Part shown: piece by piece, positions 1 through 14,488 of the stretch
Numbering within the stretch: the first letter of the stretch is position 1
How the letters are laid out: the number at the start of each line of letters is the position of its first letter
Source: Eledone cirrhosa
Taxonomy: Eukaryota
Reading direction: 5' to 3'
Length of the DNA: 64,000 nt
Assembly (NCBI GenBank): GCA_964016885.1
Contig: CAXHJY010000075.1
Coordinates: 124,001 to 188,000 of the forward strand
Position numbers and translations under genes: made by a program
The notes under the pieces: model-generated
Seen by the model: only the letters and a program-made list of their open reading frames with translations
Database searches by the model: none
Told to the model about the DNA's origin: nothing

Positions 1-78
1 AAGAAGAAGAAGAAGAAGAAGAAGAAGAAGAAGAAGAAGAAGAAGAAGAAGAAGAAGAAGAAGAAGAAGAAGAAGAAG
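1..78. repeat. (AAG)n microsatellite, truncated by the window start
   Basis: Direct reading of the sequence. Confidence 0.98.
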
Positions 79-237
79 ATATATTTATATATATACACTC
101 ACGCAAATAATATATGCAATACCAAATTACATATACACACCAAAATAAATTAAATCGAATAAATTTAACAAATGACAAAAAATACTGGTGGAACACTCGT
201 TTATAATTTGAGAATAAAAATATTTACCTTAAAATAA

Positions 238-392
<155 letters not shown>

Positions 393-809
393 ATTATCCC
401 TTTAAAAATCTAGCTGTCGTCTGTTCGATAGCGTAGACGTAATTCACTTCGCGCAGAAGTTTTGTTCCAATTTATTGCGGAAATTTTGTAAGTTTAATTT
501 TAATTTTGATACTATTGTGTAGCTTGACCCCCCGTCTGAACTGTCAGGCGGTGGGTCAGCTCATTTTCGCCCCTCCCAGGGGTGAAAAACCTGTTTTTTA
601 AAATTTTGTTGCATAAAATTTCAATTGTCTGGGAGAAATGTTAAACGAAGCTAACGAAAATAGTGGTGGGGGGACAGCAGTAAGAGTTGTAAGCTCGCAC
701 GCTTTAGTCCCCCCCCCCCCCTTCCTTCCCAACTAACGTCATAGAGAAGGAAAGAAAAAATAAAATAAAAACAGACGAATGTACGGAGAAAAATGACGAA
801 AACACAAAT

Positions 810-2549
810 TTGGAGATTGATTCCAACAACAAAAAAAAATTGAAAGAATTGCATGACAATATTAATACCACAAACAAAGAAACAACAAACACAAAAATAA
901 CATTTGAAAACAACATCATAACAGAAAGCAAAACAGACGACAAAGTCAACACCAATAATATCTCATTTGCACAAACAACAAAAAAATCTTTAACATATAT
1001 ACCTGAAAATATTTCAGATGTGGCACAAAGAATAAAAAACGCCAAACAATACATAACTCAAGGGGAAAATGGAACCTTATCGGTAAAAATGCCCCAAGAA
1101 CTCACCAAAGATATTGAAAGTCGGACGGTCGTTTTCCGCACCATCAACAACATCTCAAAAAAACTTCAACAACCAACACAAGCAGAAATTAAAGCAGTAC
1201 TTAGAGAAGTACTTAATGAAGCCACTTTCATAAGAAGAGACAGGCTGTATGGAAGCCTATCCATTATTATGAAGAACGAATCAGCGGCAAAAAAATATGC
1301 TTTGTCGCCGATTCGTTCGACAAATTTTACCTTTTATCCATCTCATATGGGTAAAAGAACTCAACGCATATGGCTGGATGCGATGATGCCAGATATGGAC
1401 TACTGCTGGCTCATAGCTGGCTTCATCGATCCAGCGAATGACAACGTGATTTCCATTGGGAAAACCACAGGCAATGCGTTCAGTGGAACAGGTATAGAAA
1501 TTGTAGTGCAAATGAAGCCTGAACGCATTGCCCAAATACCCGACAGAATCCTATTAGAGGGCCACGGGTATATAAACATTAGCGTGGAGGGGAGAAGGCC
1601 GTCCTGTCATATCTGTGCAGGCAGAGGGCACCTGAAGGCGGCTTGTCCCCAACTCAACAAGAAGAAAACCCTGCTACCAACACCAGCTCCACCACCACCA
1701 CAACAGATAAACAAACAACAAAACTCAGTCCCACCCAACCCGTCCCTCAGTAAAACTACACCACCACCACAACACAAACAGACACAACACATTACCCAAA
1801 AACAAAACACAGTCCCACCCAACCCCTCACTCAATAAAACAACACAACCACCGCAGCCACAACACACAACACAGTCTAACATAGTGACATCCATCTCCCC
1901 CACAAAGAAAACCAACACGGAAACATTACCAGCAAACATACCTCTTCCCTCCAACACTGAAGATAACCCAACGAATTCGGAGGAAGAAACGGAGTCCTTC
2001 AGACAAATTAAAAGGTAAAAGAGAAAACATGTGCAAAACACACAAGGCTAAATAGCCCCTACCCAAATGTCAACACAATCCAACAAAACACAAAACACCC
2101 CTCCAGCAACAAAGAAAACCAAACCTGCCCCTCCCCTCTTCGAAACACTCACACCATCCGAAAAAAAGACATTACACTATACTTACATCAACAGAACCAA
2201 TAATAAATTAAATGAACTCATAAAAAATAACCCTTCGGTACAAACCGAAGGGGTAAACTTTGTTTCTTCAGAAAACTACCCACATTTAAAATTAATAAAG
2301 ATCCCAATGAACCTCTACCAAAAACTAAAAAAGGACTTTAAGGAGGACGTAGGACCACCCTCTGTCAAACCCATAAACCGCGTCCTCCTAAAAAGCTTTC
2401 ACCCTCCCCTTCCCTTCCCCAACACAACTCCAAACGCCCCAACCCCACCACACACTGACGACCCCACACCACCACAAGACACCCCTTCACCCAAAACCCC
2501 CGACCCCATGGAAGTCGTGCGACCCGAACCCCGGGAAGCAGAAAAGTAG
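810..2549 (+). pseudogene. Tx1 ORF1 (gag-like, CCHC zinc knuckle) with in-frame stops near 2016-2050
   Basis: ORFs 810-2018 and 2067-2549 share a frame. EGRRPSCHICAGRGHLKAACP knuckle and Pro/Thr-rich tail; homologous to ORF1 of the 55-57 kb element. Confidence 0.85.
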
Positions 2550-2582
2550 ATCTCTACACTCTCCTTTGGCTTTGCCGCCCAC

Positions 2583-5500
2583 ATGGATGTGTTAAGAGTA
2601 GGATGTTTGAATGCACGTGGCCTGGGCTCAACTTGGAAGCAAGCAAAGCTTCTAAATGACCTCAGGTCACGTGGTATAAATGTAATGGTTATCTGTGAGA
2701 CTCGGATCAGCGTCGTGCGGCAGCTGGCCCCTACCTTCGATGACTTTGAGGTGCATGCATCTCTCTGTCAACCTGGAGGTGGGGGTGGGGTTGTCGTACT
2801 GCTGGAAAAACACCTGGGTCTCGCCGTACAGGTTGTTCACTCGGACCCGGAAGGTCGTTTGTTGGTGCTAGACGTTGGCAGTAGTGGAGGTGCGGCCTTG
2901 AGACTGGTCGCCGTCTACCCCCCTTTCGGAGCTGAACGACCCGACTTCTTCCAGCGTCTGGAGACTTTTTTGGGAACGTCGCGTTCCCTGCTTCTAGCGG
3001 GGGACTGGAATGACAACCTAGATGCACGTTGGGACTATGCAGGAGCATGTCCTAATAGAGGGGGGTGTAACATCCTCAAGGGGTTACTCTACCGTTTTAA
3101 CTTGGTCGATAGATATCGACTAGATTTTCCAATTGTGCCAACCTGGACTTGGACGAACCACAGTGGTCAATCTAGATCGTACTTAGATAGATTCTTAGTT
3201 AGAAGTAAGGATAGGGACATATTAAGCTGTCCAGAAATGCTCACGGTTGGCTATACGGATCACAAATTAGTGACCTGCGTAGTCAATCTCGAGAAAACAC
3301 ATAGACAGGGTCCCGGTTACTGGAAACTTAATTTGTCTTTACCGGCAAAAGAGACTTACAGAAACCGGATTAGCAGATTAGTTAAGGAGAGGTTGACGGG
3401 TGCAATCGTCAACAACTGATGGTGGGCATCTCTCAAAAGAGAGATTAGAACAGAATCAATAAGTTATAGCAAGATGTTAGCTGCCGATAGGAATAGGAAC
3501 GAGAAAGAATTAACAGGTAAATTAGAAGAGGCAATCAAGAGCGAAGATGTGGCCAGAGTGCTGGCATCGAGGACGGCCTTGAGCCAGTTTGTCGATGCAA
3601 AGCACGAAGGCTGCGTCATTCGAAGTAAAATACGTGCTCTAGGTAATGAGGGGGCCAAAGCCGTTGGCTGGCCCCGCGTGACAGAAGCTAAGAGTGGAAA
3701 TCGATCCACCATCCGGTCTTTGCAAGACGAGGATGGACGGGTGATCCGGGAGCCTAAGCAGATGTGCGAGGCCTTTCAAAGGCACTTTGCCCGATTGTTC
3801 GGGGGAGGCGAGGGTCCGGGCGGGGACGTGGATTTCAGTCCATACCTCGACGGCCTGCCGCGTCTCTCGAGCGAAGAGGCAGAGTCCTGCGAGGGACCAA
3901 TCTCGGCTGATGAGATCGGGGATGCGCTGAGCCAATTCAGCAGACGCAAATCTCCAGGTCTCGATGGTATACCTTACGAACTTTATTTAGCAATGCCGGT
4001 CTTCTTCTCCGAACTCCTCGAAGCAGTCTACTGCAATTGGCAGCAGAACGGGAGAATTCTTTGTTCTGTAGCCAAGGGCGTAGTCTCGCTGGTGAGGAAG
4101 GACGAGAACAAGGGGGATAGTATAAATAATGTTCGGCCCATAACCCTGCTAAACACAGAGTTAAAGATTTTGGCCAAGATATTAGCAAAGAGGTTGGCGC
4201 TTGTCGTGGGTGGCCTGGTGGGAGATGCGCAGACATGTGCTATCCCATCCAGGTCCATTCACGACAACCTTCACCTCATGCGATACATCATAGAGAGGGT
4301 TGGGGTTAGGGTTAGTTGGAGCCCTGATCAACTTGGATCAGTCTAAGGCGTTCGATAGGGTCGACCATGGTTACCTGGATGCGGTGCTAGCGGCGGCTGG
4401 GTTCGGTCCTGTTTTCAGAGGATGGATCACTGCCTTACATAGCAACCACATCTGTTCTAGGATCAAGGTGAACGGCTACCTTTCGAAGCCGTTCGAAATC
4501 ACACGATCCATTCGACAGGGGTGCCCTCTCTCCTCCCTTCTGTACGTATTGACTCTCGAGCCTTTACTGAGGAAGTTGGAGTTGTTGCAGGGTATCCCCC
4601 TGGAACCAGGATTGAGCAAAGCGGTGTCGGCCTACGCCGATGACGTAACAGTAATGGTATCGACCGACTCGGAGATCGAGGCGATCGGTACCTTACTGAA
4701 GGAATACGAAAGGTTGTCAGGAGCGAAACTGAACCGGGAAAAATCCATCGGGCTGCAACTCGGAACGTGGAGAGGCAGACCGATAACTCCCGACGGTGTC
4801 GTCGGACACTGAACGGAGGGCCCGGTGAAGTTGCTTGGGGTCTGGTTTGGACCGGACCTCCAGGTGGAAAAGAACTGGGGCGAGGTTACGAACAAGGTGT
4901 TTTCACTAACCCAGAAATGGACCAAGTGTAAGCTGTCCCTAAAAGGTCGGGCGGAGGTGGCGAACATTTACATAGCGTCCGTCACTTACTACCGCCTGAC
5001 TGTCGTGCCTTTCCCTAAGGAAACACTCACCACCATGGAACGCATGCTCTTTCAATTTCTTTGGAAGAAGCGCCCTCCAATGGTGAGAAGATCCATCTGC
5101 TGCCAACAACCTTCGAAAGGAGGGCTGGGGATGCCGTGGTTGATGATGCGTAGGCACGCATTAAGGCTGCTGCACCTACAGGTATTCCTCACTGGTCAAC
5201 CGGTGTGGGCTCCGTTCGTGAAACGATCCTTTCCAAGACTCGTCTCGCTCACCGAGCTGCAGTCCTGGGTCAAGAAAAGATCCGGAAAACTGGGCGACTG
5301 GCACACTGAGTGTGCCCAGGCGCTCAGGGCTCTCTGGCAAACGGACCCGGCCATCGGTGGAGAATCCACCTCGTCATTCTATAGAGGGCTGGTGGCTAGC
5401 AGGGGCGATGACACTCTTGGAGAGTCGCTGGACATGGAGGAGGACGAACTGGCCAGCCTGTTCGGTAGGACTTTCGGCCCGGGACCAATGGACAACTTCC

Positions 5501-6016
5501 AGAAGTCACTGGCCTGGCAGTGCTACCGGGGGGCTCTACCCGTTCGAGAAAAGCTCTACAGACACGGGCGCCCGGGCAGGGATCCCTCGAAAAAGATTTG
5601 CCCTAGATGCGTGCGTCACAAAGAAACCATTGCGCACGCATTGGTGCACTGTCCGGGCGTGGCTGATCTGTGGGGCTACGCCGAACGACTGCTGTCGCGG
5701 GTGGCGCCGATTCGATTGACCGCCGAGTCCGTGATGACAATCAAACCGCCTCCCCCTCTTCGCAAAGGAAGCAAAGGCGGTTTTTCTGTGCGTAATAGCC
5801 ATGTTGAAAGAGGTTGTTTGGTGGACACGATTGAAAGGTCTGAGGTCAGGCAACTTCCTCTCTGGCCATAGTCTGGTCTACTTCTTCCGATATCACTTCG
5901 GAAGAAGGATAAGAATGGAGAGAGAGGTGCTTGGCCACAGGCAGTTTTATGAAAGGTGGGTGATAGTGGCGAGAATGGCTCGTATAAATGGGCCTTCTCT
6001 GTATACCATCCTGTAG
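2583..6016 (+). pseudogene. Tx1 ORF2: APE endonuclease, reverse transcriptase and C-terminal zinc finger
   Basis: APE motifs LNARGL, ETR, GDWN, SYLDRF, TDH; RT motifs SPGLDG, RPITLLN, DQSKAFDRVDH, RQGCPLS, YADD; GGLG; CPRC..ETIAHALVHC. Stops at 3417 and 4810, frameshifts near 4300 and 5765. Confidence 0.92.
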
Positions 6017-6293
6017 GTAAAGAAGTGAAGGAGAGGAGAGCACCTTCTCCATGTGCTCCCTGGGCAAAGGATTGCACACTTTTTCGGGGGGGGGTGCAAC
6101 CCCCATCACGTCCCCTCCCTTTTGAGGTTGTTTTTGATTATTTTCATTTTATACCCTTTTTACTCGGTTTTATGTAAACTCCCCTTTGTATTTGTCCCTT
6201 CTTTTTATACCTTTATGGTAAATAAAGAAATATATCTATCTATTATCCCTTTCTCAGTCTTCCTCTCTCTCTTAGTCTTTCTCTGTATATAAA

Positions 6294-6636
<343 letters not shown>

Positions 6637-6679
6637 CCTCTCTCCACTTCCCCCTCTCTCTCTTGTTGCCAGCAATAGT

Positions 6680-7860
6680 GTGCTGGGTGTCCTATAAGAG
6701 GGAGAAATGTTTTTTTAGAAAACGTCTCTAATATGTGATCTCACCTAACCTTGTTAAAAGCTTTCCACATGTCCAGCTTTACCATGGGGCGAGGTGTCGA
6801 AGGGAGCATATGATCAAGGAAGAATCTGGCCGCATGAGCAGCCACAACCCATCCACACTTAACCCCTACTCCGAGCTGGACAGAGCATAACTTTTCACTT
6901 TAGTTTTGACTAACATGCAGGCTATCGTGGCTGCAAGTCGCCGAATGACGTTGCCCACTGTATTTGGACAGATGTCTCCGCCATTCTTCTTCAACACTGT
7001 CAAATTATGTGAAAAAGAAAAGAACGTGGGCAGAGCAGAGTAGGTCGGTACGGAGAAGATTGTTCGATGGAGCAATACTTGACCAAAGTAGACGTACTCC
7101 CCCTCAGCGGAGTTAGGCGAGATTAGATCTCTTAGCTGGCCAGTTCACAAGCCATCTACTCAGCTACTACTCCATGGGCAGCTATCACGTCTTCACTGGG
7201 CGCAGTCTAGGTGATGCCACTAGGAAGGTCTTGGAAATCCCTTATATCAGCCAAAAGCGGGGGTCTCGGTTGCTTAAGGGGGAAAGCGGTTAGGATATGT
7301 GGTGACAGCCGAGTACCGTGTCGCTCGAGGCCAGTACAGGTACTGCAGTAGTACGTCGCCCTCAATTAGTTGACAATTAACTCAGTCGGAAGAGGAGTGC
7401 ATTTTCAGTGTTGGCACAGGTGGCTCCCAGCAGAGAAATGAGAGGCTAGATGGAGGGATGGGGGCAAAAGGAAGCAATGTTGCGTTTAAGCTTCTAGGGA
7501 GGGCACCGAAACCTTCCTAGCCATCTGGATCCCAAGTGAATGTGTTACCAAACGGAATAGCATGTTAGTCTTGCGGCTATTGGGGTCAAGCGCCTGGTCA
7601 ATGGACGAATCTGGTGCTCCAGCCCAAAAAGTGCGAGCAGCTTTGGGGATCCTGCTTGAGTCGGGAGATGGCTATCAAGACCTTCTCCGGTGTGAATAGG
7701 GTTAAGTCACCATTGAACTGGGCCCACCTATCTACCTGTGGCGTTGAGAAGGTTAAACAGTGCGGGCAAAGTTACCGGTGCAGGGATTCCGAGGCGCATC
7801 TAGTGAGTTTTAAGCAAGAAAGGAGAACAAGTTGGAATTCATTTTTACCGGCAATTTCGC
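6680..7860 (-). mobile_element. Degraded CRE-clade non-LTR retrotransposon fragment (pre-RT region and RT start)
   Basis: Manual minus-strand translation across frameshifts gives IEGDV..AV.VLASSDT, GSS.VDGL..GQLRDLI, LKKNGGDICPNTVGNVIRRLAA and QLGVGVKCG.VVAAHAAR..VKLDMWKAFNKVR.DHIL. The upstream boundary is approximate. Confidence 0.7.
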
Positions 7861-7882
7861 GTGACCAACAAGTGGCACATAG

Positions 7883-9070
7883 AGCGGTGGATTGGCAGTA
7901 TCGGTAGAGCGTCGGACAACAGGCATTGCGGCATATAGTTACGACCCTTTACGTTCTGAGTTCAATCCCGCTAAAGTTAACTTTGCCTTGCATCTTTACG
8001 GGATCGATAAAATAAAGCACCAGTAACACTGGGGTTGATTTAATCGATTTTGCCATACCCCAAAATTGCTGGCCTTCTGCCTAAAGTAGAAATCATTATA
8101 TAATTGTTTCTACTTTTTGGCACAAGGCCAGCAATTAACGCAGTGTATTACTGGTGCTTTATTGTATCGGCCCTGTAAGGATGAAAGGCAAGTTAACATC
8201 GGCGGGATTTTAACTGAGACCATAAAGGGACGTAACTTCGGGTATGGAGATACGTACTGTCTTACTGGAAACGATTTGAAGAAGTGTTGTTTCGCGGCAG
8301 GACGTAACATTATATAATACGGTTTATCGACCCCGTAAGGATGAAAGGCAAAGCTAAGCTCGGCGGGATTTGAATTCAGAACGTAAAGGACCATAACCCT
8401 ATGCTGTGAAACATTGAGTCTGTCGCTCTACCGATACTGCTGGTCAAGGTATAATACATATATATATATATATATGCCGAAGCAAGAAATCCATAACGGA
8501 CACATGCACAGATAATCACATTTATCATTGTAGATGAGGATTAAAGGCGGAGTATTGGCAGTATCGGTAGAGTGTCAAACAATATGTTTGCGGAATATAG
8601 TTATGTTCTTTTACATTCTGAGTTCAAGTCCCTTCGATGTTAGCTTTACCTTTCATATTTATGGGATTGATAGAATAATGTACCAGTAACGCACTGGGAT
8701 CGATTTAATCGACTTTTCCTCTTCCCTTCAATTTGCTGGCCTTGTGCTAAATATTTAAAAAAACTATTATTATAGAATTTGAAGCTTGAGAGCTGTGACA
8801 ATGTGAAATGGACGAACAAGAAAATAAAACGAAGCAAGATATTATTTATTTATCTGTCCTGATATTTCGAGATAAAATCTCTTCTTCGGAGGGAAATAAC
8901 AAGGGATTAGTCTGGGTTCGATGAAACGCGTTAGACCTCCTTTCGTTTTGAGTTCAAATCCCGCCGAGGTTAACTTTGTCTTTCATTCTTACGGGGTCGA
9001 TAAAATAAAGTACCAGTAATACACTGGGGTAATTGCTGGCCTTGTGCCAAAAGTAGATACAATTATTATA
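7883..9070. mobile_element. Cluster of about five tRNA-derived SINE copies (7883-8100 +, 8102-8222 -, 8320-8445 -, 8546-8772 +, ~8940-9070 +)
   Basis: A box TGGCAGTATCGG, B box GAGTTCAAATCCC, central GCCTTTCATCCTTACGGGGTCGATAAAATAAAGTACCAG (resembles the MetaSINE domain), 3' GGCCTTGTGCCxAAAGTAGAAA. Confidence 0.88.
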
Positions 9071-9886
9071 GATGATGATCACAGAAAATGTTTATACTCG
9101 TTTAACTACCAGCATATTGGTCAACTTTGTCTTTGTTCATTCCGAAGTGGATAAAATAAGTACCAACCAAATAGCGAGAAGGTCGGCGTAACCAATTAAA
9201 ACACTTTAAGGTGATGTCCCACTATAGCTGAAACCCAACGACTGAAACAAATAAAAGAATATTGAGCATAGATAAGTGAGTGTTTGTGTGAGTATGTATA
9301 AGCGGGCGCGCGTGTGTGTATGTATGTATGTTCTTCTGGTTTTATAATTTCACAAATTTTGCCAATAGAGAGAGAGAGAGGTTACTAACATAGACACAAG
9401 ACTCTCTCATTGGAATTTACACAACATCAACTAGGTAAATTATGTATGCATGTATGTCTAGATATGGATGTTATTGTATGTGTGTATGTGGATGTTTTGA
9501 GTTATATGTGTGCATGTGTATATGCTTTATATCTGTACAGATGTATATGCAGTTATTAGATGAAAAATTTTGGGAATGTTTTACATATATTTACTGTTCC
9601 ATTAATGGATTGTACTTGTAATTTCCTAACTAGTTGTATGTATGTATGCATGTATGTGTGTCTGTGTATTCGTATGAATGTATGTATGCGCGGGAACATG
9701 GAAATACTCAGTTTGGTGCCCGAGCATGCGGTTATCTCACCGGGAGCAAGAGGCCCCTACTTCTTGTAGGACATCATAGGAGACGGGAAACTTTGATATA
9801 AAACCTGCGACACGATGGCAGCCAATAAGAAAAAGGTCTAAAGATGACAATTCTTGAAACCGAGATGCAGCCTTTATGTATGTATG

Positions 9887-10860
9887 TTTCTCTTTCTCTT
9901 AATTTCGAGTACATTTTTGACCGGCCACCTTCCTGGTAGCAAGGTTGTAAAAGAAATTATCATCCCTTGAAGCACAAGAATGTTTTGCAAATTTTGAAGG
10001 TGCCAGCCACGGCAGCCATTTGTAGTCTACGAATTAGGAAGCTGCGCCCTTTGTCCACAAATCCAAGTTCAGTCATACTTTGGTCCAAGCTGGTTGGTAT
10101 ATAACCTGTAGCTCCAATAATGATGGGTATGAAGCTGGATCTACAAACTCCTGATCAATGGTCCTTCGTGATCTTAGACCTAGACAAGATGGTTGCTGAC
10201 CTTTTTCTTCTGTTAAAGATGTTGCTTCAGTGTTACTATCCGGGTCTTATAGTATGTTAATATGGATTTTAGACGTCGGCCACCTTCCTTGCGTGAAGAG
10301 TATAGCCTATCCACATCACTATTGATGTTAAAGTTTCCAGTAACACTGAGAAGCTTGCGAGTTCTTACATCCATCTCACTTAATTTTTGCAATGAACAGT
10401 TCAGCAGACCAAATGTTGGCGTTAGGATTGACACAGCATAAATATTGTGGGCAATGTATTTGTTGTACGTTCAGAGTTCTGATGACCATATTTTCTTTAC
10501 TCTCCTAAGATTTTCAGTTTTGGTTCTCTCCTTATTTATAGGTCCATCATATTTGACATTCTCATCCTGTCCAACATATCTGTAGTTGTCACCTGATTAT
10601 AGAGGCTGTATTTTCCAGCCGTTCATCTCTAGATTTCCAGAGGAGGACACAACCCTTCCACGTTTTACTGTCAAATATGCACATTTGGACTCACCAAATT
10701 TCATTTTGATGTCTGCAGAAATTTGTGTAATGAGGTCCAATTGTTTTAATATAGTTGATATTTGGTCCATACAACTTCAGATCATCAACAAAGAAAAGAT
10801 GGGAGATACTTCTGGACCCACTTCCATGACCACTTTATTTTGTGAGCAGGTATGATAGTG
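9887..10860 (-). mobile_element. R4/Dong-clade LINE fragment with 3' end and (CATA)n tail, internally deleted
   Basis: ILTPTFG..DVRTRKLL..SDVDRLY..RKEGGR thumb motif and C-terminal FIPIIIGATG..RRLQMAAVAGTFKICKTFL; 3' end abuts (TATG)n. Confidence 0.75.
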
Positions 10861-10890
10861 GGTTTCGTGAGAGGACGATGAGCAGCACTG

Positions 10891-11143
10891 TATGTATGTA
10901 TGTATGTATGTATGTATGTATGTATGTATGTATGTATGTATGTATGTATGTATGTATGTATGTATGTATGTATGTATGTATGTATGTTTTCTCTTTCTCT
11001 TAATTTCGAGTATATTTTTTTTGACCGGCTACCTTCCTGGTGGCAAGGTTATAAAAGAAAAGAAATTGTATGTATGTATGTATGTATGTATGTATGTATG
11101 TATGTATGTATGTATGTATGTATGTATGTATGTATGTATGTAT
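10891..11143. repeat. (TATG)n arrays containing an 81-bp copy of the R4/Dong 3' end (10987-11067, minus strand)
   Basis: 10987-11067 matches 9887-9957. Confidence 0.9.
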
Positions 11144-11412
11144 GGGACTGGCTTTGTGCAGTGCCTTTGCTCACTATAAAAGCTTCACGGCACAGGCACT
11201 GCTTTATATCTGGAGATCTCTCTGCACTTGTCGTCACATGGTACCATGGGCCCAGCACTATGTGTCAATAATTGTCACAAGTGTAGTGTTTGTACCAGAG
11301 TTTTCAAGTCGCTGGCTGGACTAAAAAGACACACTCGTTCAGCGCATCGGTAGGAGTTCTCCTACATGGATATAAAGTAGTGGCCGTACTCGAAAACGAG
11401 TTGGCAGCCACC
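11143..11412 (+). mobile_element. 5'-truncated copy of a non-autonomous RTE-derived element
   Basis: Near-identical to the 3' halves of 41461-42051 and 18306-18908; encodes CSVCTRVFKSLAGLKRHTRSAH (RTE C-terminal zinc finger). Confidence 0.82.
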
Positions 11413-11652
11413 ATGTATGCATGTATGCATATGTATGTGTTTCCTTGCATGTATATATGTACGTATGTATGTATTTATGTATGTATGTATGTATGTATGA
11501 ATTAATGTGTGCTTGTATGTATCTATGATTGTATGTGTTTATGTATGTGTGTATGTATAACTCTATGTGTGTGCATGTACACGTGACAACGTTCATATTA
11601 ATCACAGGTCACAAAATTTAATTTCCTGTTTTATTTTTGCATTTGTGTTGTT

Positions 11653-12504
<852 letters not shown>

Positions 12505-13149
12505 GTATATATTTCCGTCGGTACTTAGTACCTACTGGATTATCTATATCATTTATCTGAATTCTCCTTAATGTTGAGAAAAAAATGTTGTATCATGCTG
12601 CTATTTCTAGTAACATGAAATATCAACGAGTCTATTATTCCTGCTCTTTCTAACGGCCCATTTGTGTGGTAGTCATTTTAACGGCTCGATTCATTCACCG
12701 GGCAGAAAGCGACACATCCACATCTACGTGGATTTATATCTAGTAGGTTTGGAAAAGCTATCTGAACAGCTATATCTTTCCATTGGAAATTCTCTGAATT
12801 TCCAATCTTTTGATCAGCGAAACCGCCTGCCATGGCACTAGAAGAGGTAAATATTTAAATCTTATTTTAATTTATTTAAAAGATTGTTTAATGCTTACTT
12901 GTTCGCTCATATATATATATATATATATATGGCACGGGCCCATGACCTCTGGCGCTATGAAGTATTGCAGAACACCGCCCTCTATTATTCTTGGGCTGAA
13001 GCATATACCTAATAGGTAACACCATTCCCTACCATCTCCCCTCCCACAAACCTCCGTCATACTTACGCCCCCAATTTACCCAAGTTCTTCTCCACCCGTC
13101 CCATGTCTCTATAAGGTGAGCCGCCATGGAGCCACGACAAAAGTGTCCT

Positions 13150-13542
<393 letters not shown>

Positions 13543-14488
13543 GAAAATGCTATTGGGGTCTTTCAGAAGACCCCAATTTATTTCCCATAGCTTTACCGGT
13601 TTCAAACTTTGATGCGTTTCAAAAGTTAAGTGAGATGCCATGGTGTGTCTCACATCTGACGGTCTGCGAATTTTCTTTCCTTTTTCCAAGGAAGAAAGTG
13701 AGGGTGATTTTGTCTACTAAATTTCCTTGTTTTTTATTAAAGATATTTTGTTTATTTAAAGATTCACTTCTTTTCAAATGTCAACACTTTCGGTTAGCGA
13801 TCGCTTAAATAAACATTCATATATTTTGCAGTTTATATATAATATCGTCTTTTTTTTAATGTATCATGGATTAAATTTCTGTGTATATCGTCAATTTCTA
13901 TCTATATTAATAAATGAAGTAATTCTGTCCGAAAAGTCCAGGAAAAAAGAGTGCTCTATGTAGGTAACAGAGCTTAATAGTTATGTAATAAACAACATAA
14001 GGCAATTATTTCATTTACCAGTGGTTTCTTAAAAGCAAACAAATTTTGCTTTCAATCATCAGAATGAAAAAATTCTGGTGTATTTATTGGCGTTGGATTT
14101 TAAAACAAAAATATAATCTATATGAAAGTGAGGCTGGAAAAGGAAGAAGGAAAGGAAAAATAAAAACACACATGCAAACACACACACACACACAATTATA
14201 TACATACACATATATATATATACATATACACATGCATACACACACACATACACACACATATATATATGTGTATATATATACATACACATACATATACACA
14301 TACATACACACATAAATATCAACATATCCATACATACATATACAAATACACAAACGTGCATACACACACACACACACACACACACAAATACATGCATATA
14401 TAGTAATAATAATAAATTTGAAGACTAAAATCCAAAGAGGGCTCGATAAGGATAAATATATATCAAATATATAAGAACCGTAGAGCAA

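Larger units (their letters stand above)
404..6232 (+). mobile_element. Full-length L1/Tx1-clade non-LTR retrotransposon, inactivated
   Basis: ORF1 with zinc knuckle, APE-RT ORF2 and 3' AATAAAGAAA. Flanked by an identical 20-bp TSD, TATCTATCTATTATCCCTTT, at 384-403 and 6233-6252. Confidence 0.93.
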
